Origin: a virus
Strand: one strand, 5' to 3'
Virus record (IMG/VR): IMGVR_UViG_3300042347_000453
DNA length: 35,942 nucleotides
In this document: positions 18,085-24,158 of the stretch, one piece after another
Layout of the letters: each line of letters begins with the position of its first letter
How positions within the stretch are numbered: position 1 is the first letter of the stretch
Notes under the pieces: generated by a model
Databases searched by the model: none
Told to the model about the DNA's origin: nothing
The model's input: the letters and a program-made list of their open reading frames with translations, nothing else
Translations under genes and position numbers: made by a program

Positions 18085-18346
18085 AGCCTGCCGTGAAATT
18101 CCATGCCAGCATTGCGGTGCGGAAGATGGCACGGTCGTAGCGGCACACTCGAACCAACTCAGAGACGGAAAAGGAAGGGGGATAAAGGCGCATGATTACC
18201 GCGTAGCGGCTTTGTGTTTCAGGTGCCATGCTGATATTGACCAAGGCAGCATATTAAACAAAGCAGAGCGCATAGAGATTTGGGAAGAAGCACACCGAAA
18301 GACCATAGCTCAACTTTTTGAGCGCGAACTGATAAAGGTGATTTAA
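18059..18346 (+). CDS. DUF1364 (YbcO-like) putative nuclease
   Basis: CREIPCQHCG...VAAHSN...ALCFRCHADIDQG parallels the YbcO Cys/His pattern. Confidence 0.65.
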   Translation: MYRNRKLLEACREIPCQHCGAEDGTVVAAHSNQLRDGKGRGIKAHDYRVAALCFRCHADIDQGSILNKAERIEIWEEAHRKTIAQLFERELIKVI

Positions 18347-18528
18347 TGTACACGCACACTGGAACACTACAACGCCTGAACGTGGCTCAGACAGTAAATA
18401 TACGTCAAGCAGGCAAGTTATGGATTGACGAGCAGGGAAGGAAATACTTAAAAGAAAACGGCAAAAGACCTTTAGACAGTTCAAATGGAATACGTTTATT
18501 GATTGAAACTATTAAGGAGAAAGCATGA
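18346..18528 (+). CDS. Hypothetical protein (60 aa)
   Basis: TAATG overlap, ORF track entry. Confidence 0.55.
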   Translation: MYTHTGTLQRLNVAQTVNIRQAGKLWIDEQGRKYLKENGKRPLDSSNGIRLLIETIKEKA

Positions 18529-18836
18529 AAAAGTCATTAGCCGCCCTACTGTTCGCCGCCTCTACCGCAAGCGCACAAGTGACAGGAAACACACTCATGG
18601 ACAACATAGAAAGCAACGAATATATGCTCAAAAGTCATGCTTTGGGGTACATAACGGGCATTTTCCAGTTTACACGAGGGACTGCTCACTGTTCCCCCGA
18701 TGGAGTTACTTTCGGACAAGCGCGTGATGTTGTGCATAATTACCTAAAGATAGAGCCAAAATATCGGCACTTAGACGCATATGTGATAGTAATAGCAGTG
18801 TTTGGCGCTACATGGCCGTGCAAAGGTCAAATATGA
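18525..18836 (+). CDS. Secreted Rap1a/Tai4-family immunity-like protein
   Basis: Sec signal peptide MKKSLAALLFAASTASA|QV. GN.L...ALGYITG...C.PDGVTFGQARDVVHNYL...P.YRHLDA...WPC matches the Rap1a/Tai family pattern as I remember it. Confidence 0.6.
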   Translation: MKKSLAALLFAASTASAQVTGNTLMDNIESNEYMLKSHALGYITGIFQFTRGTAHCSPDGVTFGQARDVVHNYLKIEPKYRHLDAYVIVIAVFGATWPCKGQI

Positions 18837-18895
18837 CTTGCTTCATACTAATTCGCACACCGAAAAAAATTAACAGCGATTTGCAGGAAGAGAAT

Positions 18896-19084
18896 ATGAC
18901 ATTACCTTATGACATGGCGAGATGCGAGGCTAAAAAGTGCGAACAGCGTAATAAATGCTTGCGGTTCACTTCACCTTGGCGGCCTGTTGGCTATCAAGTA
19001 GTGCGTGACTTTGAGGCTTTTTTGATTCCTGCTAATGGATGTGATTATTTCATAGGAGATGAAAATGAGAGCAAGAAAGACTGA
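18896..19084 (+). CDS. Small Cys-rich protein (62 aa)
   Basis: ATG at 18896 after caggaagagaat. CEAKKCEQRNKC...NGC. Confidence 0.55.
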   Translation: MTLPYDMARCEAKKCEQRNKCLRFTSPWRPVGYQVVRDFEAFLIPANGCDYFIGDENESKKD

Positions 19085-19367
19085 CCCGGCAACGAGTAAG
19101 AATGCCGGTAAGAATGCGGCAAAGTTCGCGCTATGTCATTACAAAGCCATTTTGCTGGCACTAGATGAAATAGGAAGCGCGACCGCCGATGAAATAGCTG
19201 TGTTTTGTTGGCTGGACAAACATCAGATATGCAGACGATTACCTGAGATGACAAATTATGTCAGAGTTACTACTGATACAAGACCAAGCAAAAAAGGGCG
19301 ACCGTCACGAGTGTGGGCGATTACCAAAGCAGGTCTTGCGTTTATTGGAAAAATGAATAAAATCTAA
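19059..19367 (+). CDS. Winged-helix (MarR-like) DNA-binding protein
   Basis: ILLALDEIGSATADEIAVF...ICRRLPEM...GRPSRVWAITKAG is a wHTH pattern. Confidence 0.55.
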   Translation: MKMRARKTDPATSKNAGKNAAKFALCHYKAILLALDEIGSATADEIAVFCWLDKHQICRRLPEMTNYVRVTTDTRPSKKGRPSRVWAITKAGLAFIGKMNKI

Positions 19368-19409
19368 TTGCGCCGTGGAAAGCGTAAAAGGTTGGCATTT
19401 TAGCTGTCT

Positions 19410-19494
19410 TCATTAGCGACTGGCTCAAGATGCCGTTTTTCACTTGAAAAGTGCGCCAGCCCGGTAATTTCCACCTTGGGCTAGTCACTAATGA
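19410..19494 (+). promoter_or_regulatory. 12-bp inverted repeat pair TCATTAGCGACT / AGTCACTAATGA spanning the leader of the initiator gene
   Basis: 19410..19421 and 19483..19494 are complementary at 11 of 12 positions. The right arm overlaps the SD (gagga) of the 19502 gene. Confidence 0.4.
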
Positions 19495-19501
19495 GGACAG
19501 T

Positions 19502-20209
19502 ATGAGTACAAAGATCATGGCCTTGGTCTGGCCGCTTCAAATGCCGCTGCTGGCAAAATCTGTATATATATCCCTGGCTGATAATTCTAACGATCACGGC
19601 ACCTGCTGGCCGTCAATAGCTACTATTTCTGAGCGTGTTTGCGCAACAGATCGAGCTGTACAAAAAGCCATTTTATGGCTAGAACAAAACGGCGCACTGA
19701 CCCGCGAAATGAGTACCGGGAGATCGACTAAGTATTTACTAACCCCCGAACAATATTCACCCCCGAACGACGTTCACCCCCGAACCACGTTCACCACGCC
19801 CCCGAACGTAGTTCACCCCACCCCCGAACCACGTTCACCCCACCCCCGAACGACGTTCACCCTAACCGTAATAGAACCGTCAAAGAACCGTAAGGGAACC
19901 GTAAATATAAAGCCCGATAATTTGCTGGCCGGAGTTAGCGAAAAAATAGCGCATGATTTTATTGCACTGCGGAAAGCCAAAAAAGCACCGGTAACGGAAA
20001 CCGCGCTTGCTGGAATCAAACGCGAAGCGGAAAAAGCCGGGTATTCGCTTGAACGCGCATTGCAAACCTGTTGTGAACGAGGATGGGTTGGATTCAAAGC
20101 GGAATGGGTTGACAAAAACGTACCAATGGTTGACAAAAACGACGCAAAAACCCGAAACCTGGAAGCAAAACGCATGCTTGGATTTTTAGACGAGGTGATT
20201 GATGTTTAA
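19502..20209 (+). CDS. Replication initiator (lambda O-like; N-terminal wHTH, iterons inside the gene)
   Basis: The N-terminus (SVYISLADNSNDHGTCWPSIATISERVCATDRAVQKAILWLEQNGAL) is an HTH. The central P/T/H-rich linker is encoded by the iterons. Confidence 0.7.
   Translation: MSTKIMALVWPLQMPLLAKSVYISLADNSNDHGTCWPSIATISERVCATDRAVQKAILWLEQNGALTREMSTGRSTKYLLTPEQYSPPNDVHPRTTFTTPPNVVHPTPEPRSPHPRTTFTLTVIEPSKNRKGTVNIKPDNLLAGVSEKIAHDFIALRKAKKAPVTETALAGIKREAEKAGYSLERALQTCCERGWVGFKAEWVDKNVPMVDKNDAKTRNLEAKRMLGFLDEVIDV
19743..19860. repeat. Origin iterons: six copies of CCCC(C)GAAC-NNN(N)-GTTCAC
   Basis: Copies at 19743, 19761, 19778, 19799, 19821 and 19843. Each has an internal GAAC/GTTC dyad. Confidence 0.8.
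19864..19907. repeat. Four phased AACCGT repeats (exact 11-bp period) leading into an AT-rich stretch; ori-flanking element
   Basis: AACCGT at 19864, 19875, 19886 and 19897, followed by aaatataaagcccgataattt. Confidence 0.65.
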
Positions 20210-20915
20210 GAATGATTTTGACGACTTTGAAGCATTGCTTGTCAGTACAGCAGAACTGATGGGCAAGAACTCGCCCAAGTCGGGGCAGGTTGCGATGTTT
20301 TTCCGTGTTATGGCTCGGTATAGCATCGAGGACATTAGAAGCGCTTTAGAGGCGCATTTACGTGATTCTGACCGAGGCCGATTTTTCCCAGCCCCGGCTG
20401 ACCTGATCGCAAAAATAGACGCACGACAAGACCCGCGCCCGGATGCTGACGAAGCGTGGGCAACGGCACTGAAAGCGCAAGATGAGTTTGAAACCGTGGT
20501 CTGGACGCAAGACATGGCGCAAGCCTGGGGAATTTGTAAGCCTGTTTTAGCAATGGGCGATGAAGTGGGCGCGAGAATGGCATTTAAAGACGCTTATAAC
20601 CGGATTGTGCGCGAATCTAAAGAACGCGGCGAGAAAGTAGTCTGGAATGTGTCGCTTGGCTTTGATGCCAAAAAAAGAACGCAAGCGATAGAACACGCTC
20701 GACAGATCGGCAGAGATGTTCCGTTTCTTGAAAATAACGTGCCATTGCTTGAACAAAAAATGCCGGACGGTGTTCGGAAAAAACTTAAAGACTTGCTTTC
20801 GATACTAAAGTCACCAAAACCTGCCTGGCATGAAAAAGGCCAAGCGGAACGCGCAGAGTTTGATGCGCGGAAAAAACAGGCTGAAAAAAAAGTACGCGAG
20901 TATCTTGATTTGTGA
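20202..20915 (+). CDS. Replication protein (lambda P-like, putative helicase loader)
   Basis: Follows the O-like gene with overlap. RGRFFPAPADLI resembles the P-family FLPSPGQF motif. Weak assignment. Confidence 0.45.
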   Translation: MFKNDFDDFEALLVSTAELMGKNSPKSGQVAMFFRVMARYSIEDIRSALEAHLRDSDRGRFFPAPADLIAKIDARQDPRPDADEAWATALKAQDEFETVVWTQDMAQAWGICKPVLAMGDEVGARMAFKDAYNRIVRESKERGEKVVWNVSLGFDAKKRTQAIEHARQIGRDVPFLENNVPLLEQKMPDGVRKKLKDLLSILKSPKPAWHEKGQAERAEFDARKKQAEKKVREYLDL

Positions 20916-20933
20916 TTATTTTGTGTGTATAGT
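20905..20933 (+). promoter_or_regulatory. Promoter P3 (TTGATT-17-TATAGT, GTGTG context)
   Basis: ttgatttgtgattattttgtgtgtatagt. Confidence 0.65.
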
Positions 20934-20956
20934 TGTTTTTAATTAAGGAGAGAAAA

Positions 20957-21199
20957 GTGGCAAATAATAGATTGTTTCTGTATAACAAAGAAAGTAAACG
21001 CGCCTATTTGCTTGCAAAATCTTTTGGTGGCGACGGATGGGAAATGAGAAATACAAAAAAATCATTGCAAGAATTTTTGAAACAGGATGATTGGGAATCT
21101 GTTTGTGAGGGAGGTAAATCTAATTTTTGTCTATTAACAGAATTGGAATTGCCGGATGATGCCGAAGATGTGGAAGTTAAACTAGCGCGGTATCGGTAA
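20957..21199 (+). CDS. Hypothetical protein (80 aa), moron-like
   Basis: GTG start after aaggagag, downstream of P3. AT-rich. Confidence 0.55.
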   Translation: MANNRLFLYNKESKRAYLLAKSFGGDGWEMRNTKKSLQEFLKQDDWESVCEGGKSNFCLLTELELPDDAEDVEVKLARYR

Positions 21200-21334
21200 G
21201 AAAGAATACGCATGACCATTGGGACGCGAACCCGGAAAGCGGACTTACCCAGAACCGGAAAGCCAAAGAACACGCGGTCGCTTTGGTAGGAAGATGGGGA
21301 AAACAGTGGTCAGCCGTATTAAAGGAGGGTAATT

Positions 21335-21517
21335 ATGTTTTTAGCTATTCCGATTGTTTATTGGCTAACATGGGCATTTTTTATAGTTAATGACATGCTA
21401 GAAATAGGTATTTTTTACGCAACAGGTGCCGCACTTTTAACCATGTTTGTTTTATCAAAACTGGAAACAGGAAAATGGACATGGGCAATAAAAGCTTTAT
21501 TTGGCAAGGAAGATTAA
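21335..21517 (+). CDS. Small membrane protein (60 aa, 2 TM)
   Basis: aggagg SD, two hydrophobic helices. Confidence 0.6.
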   Translation: MFLAIPIVYWLTWAFFIVNDMLEIGIFYATGAALLTMFVLSKLETGKWTWAIKALFGKED

Positions 21518-21555
21518 AAACAAGCGTGTAACTGAATAATTTGTGCAAGCGTTTT

Positions 21556-21900
21556 ATGTGTGGCGGTGGCGAAATTGGTAGACGTTACCTTAGATGCGAA
21601 ACCGGGGCGACCTGGCAAGCAATAGAACACGCTCGACAGTTAGGCCACGATGTACCGTTGCTGGAAAACAACACGCCGTTACTAGAGCAGAAAATGCCCG
21701 AAGACGTGCGAGAGAAGCTAAAAGACTTGCTGACGATACTGACCGCACCAAAAACCGCCTGGCACGAAAAAGGCGAAGCGGAACGCGCAGAGTTTGAAGC
21801 GAGAAAAAAAGAAGCTGAAAAAAGAGTGCGCGATTTTATTGATAAGAACTTGACAGACCCTTTCGGTGATGTAAACTACACACAAAATGAAGGAGAGTGA
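21556..21900 (+). pseudogene. Truncated duplicate of the C-terminal ~75 codons of the P-like gene, fused to an unrelated 5' end
   Basis: IEHARQLGHDVPLLENNTPLLEQKMPEDVREKLKDLLTILTAPKTAWHEKGEAERAEFEARKKEAEKRVRDF parallels the end of 20202..20915. No SD precedes the ATG at 21556. Confidence 0.6.
21560..21585 (+). pseudogene. tRNA-Leu-like 5' fragment (acceptor 5' strand plus D-arm only)
   Basis: GTGGCGG-TG-GCG-AAATTGGTAGA-CGT matches the class II tRNA D-arm signature. No anticodon arm or T-arm follows. Confidence 0.35.
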
Positions 21901-21903
21901 AAC

Positions 21904-22113
21904 ATGCAAAAATTTTTAAGCAAAGAAAGATTGCGTCAGGAAGAGTTAAAGAAAGCAAAGCAGGATTTGCAAGCATTGGATGTAGCGTTATCAGATTGGC
22001 TTGATTTATTGCAATTGCCGCAACTTGCCGAAGAAACAAAACGGCAAGAAGTGGCTAGTAAATTGCGTACTGTCTTGATTGAAAAGCTAATGCGTCAAAA
22101 AGTACCAGAATAA
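21904..22113 (+). CDS. Hypothetical protein (69 aa)
   Basis: Conserved junction aggagagtgaaacATG. Confidence 0.65.
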   Translation: MQKFLSKERLRQEELKKAKQDLQALDVALSDWLDLLQLPQLAEETKRQEVASKLRTVLIEKLMRQKVPE

Positions 22114-22124
22114 AGGAGAGTGAA

Positions 22125-22295
22125 ATGATACATACATGGAAGGGAAAAGAAATTGACACGCTTTCACGAGAAGAACTGATTGAGGCTCTAAAGTGGTTTA
22201 GCCGTGAATTGCAAACACTTAGAGAAGATAGAAATGCTTGGATGAAAAGCGGTAGCGCAATTCAATACATGCTTCAAAAAAATAAAGGAGAATGA
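22125..22295 (+). CDS. Hypothetical protein (56 aa)
   Basis: Translated by hand (MIHTWKGKEIDTLSREELIEALKW...NKGE). Conserved junctions on both sides. Confidence 0.55.
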   Translation: MIHTWKGKEIDTLSREELIEALKWFSRELQTLREDRNAWMKSGSAIQYMLQKNKGE

Positions 22296-22296
22296 A

Positions 22297-22506
22297 ATGA
22301 CTTGGCAACCTATAGAGACTGCACCGAAGGATGGAACTGTTGTTATCGTGCGCGGGTTCTACGATGCTGATGGTAAGTTGTTTATGAAAGCGGCGGCGGC
22401 GCAATACAGCAAGAGTTGGATGAGGGACAACCATGGATATGGTTATACGGTTTCATGTTACCCAACTCTCTGGATGCCGTTACCAGAACTAACTAAAGGA
22501 GAGTAA
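22297..22506 (+). CDS. DUF551-like protein (69 aa)
   Basis: WQPIETAPKDGTVVIV signature, paralogous in motif to 16330..16560. Confidence 0.65.
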   Translation: MTWQPIETAPKDGTVVIVRGFYDADGKLFMKAAAAQYSKSWMRDNHGYGYTVSCYPTLWMPLPELTKGE

Positions 22507-22509
22507 AAC

Positions 22510-22737
22510 ATGAGTATTAAAATAAACGCTGACGAACTAGACACATTAACACGCGAAGAACTGATTGATTTAATCAAACTTAAAAAAATTGACGCTTATC
22601 TGGAATCAAATATATTTGAAATATCATCAGAGGAAATGGTTAATTGTATTAAAAAACATTCAAAAGAAATAGCTGAAAGTGTAGAAAAAAACAATAAATT
22701 ATTAGCCAAGTTAAAACGGTTAAACAAAGGAGAGTAA
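22510..22737 (+). CDS. Hypothetical protein (75 aa)
   Basis: Conserved junctions on both sides. Confidence 0.65.
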   Translation: MSIKINADELDTLTREELIDLIKLKKIDAYLESNIFEISSEEMVNCIKKHSKEIAESVEKNNKLLAKLKRLNKGE

Positions 22738-22740
22738 GAC

Positions 22741-22923
22741 ATGGTAAAGACCTATGAAGAAATGAAAGCATGGATTAACGAAAAACCGGGGGAGCGTTTT
22801 TTTGGTTGCCCGAAATGTGAGGGTACTGACAAATGGTGCATTCTTGAACTGGATGACGAACGTGGTGCTGTATGCGAAAGACACGGCGTAATAGTTCCTA
22901 ACGTAGAAAATAAAGGTAAATAA
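22741..22923 (+). CDS. Small zinc-ribbon protein (60 aa)
   Basis: CPKCEG...C.....C pattern, conserved junctions. Confidence 0.6.
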   Translation: MVKTYEEMKAWINEKPGERFFGCPKCEGTDKWCILELDDERGAVCERHGVIVPNVENKGK

Positions 22924-22926
22924 GAC

Positions 22927-23133
22927 ATGGAGGTTAAGCATTTCCAAGCCTGGGCAGTAATATTCAAAGACGGGGAACCTATGCGCCTTAGTTTGTCTCG
23001 TGGTCGAAAGTCGTCAATCGCGTTGGCGCGGCGTTATTTTGGTGTTCCGTGGAAGGCGCTTAAAGGGCGTGGGATGCGATGCGTGCAGGTAACTATTGAG
23101 ACACCCAACGCCCGAGTTCAGCCGCTGCCGTAG
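22927..23133 (+). CDS. Hypothetical protein (68 aa); last ~10 codons and the stop are encoded by attC-like site A
   Basis: The frame runs from AT-rich phage DNA into the GC-rich hairpin. The TAG stop lies in the hairpin loop. Confidence 0.6.
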   Translation: MEVKHFQAWAVIFKDGEPMRLSLSRGRKSSIALARRYFGVPWKALKGRGMRCVQVTIETPNARVQPLP

Positions 23134-23160
23134 GCAGTCGGCTGGAACGAAGTGTTAGGC
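23103..23160. repeat. attC-like site A (58 bp)
   Basis: ACCCAAC|GCCCGA|GTTCAGCCG|CTGCCGTAGGCAGT|CGGCTGGAAC|GAAGT|GTTAGGC. The AAC/GTT R box pairs, the spacers are unpaired, and the L box is 9 bp with one bulged G. Confidence 0.7.
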
Positions 23161-23185
23161 CCCATGTTGAACGGAGAGGAAGACG

Positions 23186-23425
23186 ATGCAGACCGAAACA
23201 ATAGACCGGCTCTTTCTGGAGCTTTCGCAGGTGACGCAGGCAACGACAGCCAAGGAACTTGCCATGCGTGCGGCGCTGGCAGACATGCTGGCAGGCTGGC
23301 GCTACATCCGGCAGTCTCACGGCGACCTATACGGCGTGGGGTGGGACCGCGCACAGGAAAAGGCCGAGAAAGCGCTGGGCTTGCAGCCTGGGCAAGAAAT
23401 GCCGGCCGAGTGGTTTGGGGCCTAA
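23186..23425 (+). CDS. Cassette-borne hypothetical protein (79 aa)
   Basis: ggagagga SD 5 nt upstream of the ATG. Balanced helical sequence (MQTETIDRLFLELSQVTQATTAKEL...). The TAA stop is embedded in GCCTAAC of site B. Confidence 0.7.
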   Translation: MQTETIDRLFLELSQVTQATTAKELAMRAALADMLAGWRYIRQSHGDLYGVGWDRAQEKAEKALGLQPGQEMPAEWFGA

Positions 23426-23476
23426 CGCAGAGTTCAGCGGCGAGCGTAGCGAATCCGCTGGAACGACGGGTTATGT
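23420..23476. repeat. attC-like site B (57 bp)
   Basis: GCCTAAC|GCAGA|GTTCAGCGG|CGAGCGTAGCGAAT|CCGCTGGAAC|GACGG|GTTATGT. Same architecture as site A, with a compensatory C:G to G:C swap in the L stem. Confidence 0.7.
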
Positions 23477-23487
23477 GAAAAGGAAAA

Positions 23488-23730
23488 ATGATGAATAAGA
23501 TTGAATGCAGGTGCATAGATGAAGTAACAGAAAGCGTTGAGCGTTTTATAGCTTGGAGCAAAACGTTGCCCGGCACTGGTGGGTTTGTTCCGGTTCCAGA
23601 TGAAGTGCGAGTAAAAACTTTTCAACCAAATTGCTTAAAGCCTTGCGGTTCATATAAAGAACGGCTTGCTACTATTCACCCTTCTCAAGAACATTTAGAT
23701 TTCCTAAAAAAAGGAGTAATAAGCAAATGA
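23488..23730 (+). CDS. Hypothetical protein (80 aa)
   Basis: aaaggaaaaATGATG start, ORF track entry. Confidence 0.65.
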   Translation: MMNKIECRCIDEVTESVERFIAWSKTLPGTGGFVPVPDEVRVKTFQPNCLKPCGSYKERLATIHPSQEHLDFLKKGVISK

Positions 23731-23888
23731 AAGACTACAGCGAAGACGTACTCAAAATACAAGAAGCTGGCAGAAAATTGCCGGTGCTAATGATGAAAGA
23801 CAAAAACGCTGCATTGTTGTTTTTAGCGCAAACAATCATATCAGCACAACAAATAATCGAATACCTGAATGAGCCAGCAAACGAATGA
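23727..23888 (+). CDS. Hypothetical protein (53 aa)
   Basis: ATGA overlap. Translated by hand (MKDYSEDVLKIQEAGRKLPVLMMKDKNAALLF...). Confidence 0.5.
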   Translation: MKDYSEDVLKIQEAGRKLPVLMMKDKNAALLFLAQTIISAQQIIEYLNEPANE

Positions 23889-24090
23889 ACGCGCCGAGAC
23901 CTTTGAGCGTTTCTGCTGCGCCGTCGAGAATTTTCAGCATGGGAAAAGAGATAAGGTCGCGGACTACTTGCGAGACATTGAAGCCCGACTTGGACGCGAC
24001 ATTGCCGAGCGCGTCAAAACCAGCATTCTTGCCTGTGCGAAGTCATCAGGCTGGCTTAGAGATGTCGAAAGGCTGCGCGTTAAGCCCTAA
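23869..24090 (+). CDS. Hypothetical protein (73 aa)
   Basis: Preferred over the overlapping 23885..24175 frame because its composition is more protein-like. Confidence 0.5.
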   Translation: MSQQTNERAETFERFCCAVENFQHGKRDKVADYLRDIEARLGRDIAERVKTSILACAKSSGWLRDVERLRVKP

Positions 24091-24158
24091 AGAGCGGGAG
24101 CTAATGCAGATATTTGGCAGGCTTCCATTTTCTTTTGAGTGCGATTGGGACAAAAGGC

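Larger units (their letters stand above)
23103..23476. mobile_element. Integron-type gene cassette unit: attC-like site A, 79-aa ORF, attC-like site B
   Basis: Two ~58-bp sites with RYYYAAC...GTTRRRY ends. The cassette begins TTAGGC and its own site begins GCCTAAC. GC content rises sharply relative to the flanks. Confidence 0.7.

Noticed and set aside
21200-21334. Possible small ncRNA or 25-aa ORF in the spacer containing two CCGGAAAG strings and a CCAAAG/CTTTGG hairpin
   Set aside because: There is only one short hairpin, no promoter or terminator, and the ORF is basic, very short and lacks an SD. Evidence is insufficient to call it a feature.
23093-23576. Alternative ORFs across the cassette (minus 23118..23576 and 23093..23320; plus 23152..23478 and 23259..23498)
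   Set aside because: These are Arg/Gly/Pro/Ala-rich frames expected in GC-rich DNA. They run straight through the attC-like hairpins and lack an SD. The 23186..23425 frame has an SD, balanced composition and a stop inside the inverse core.
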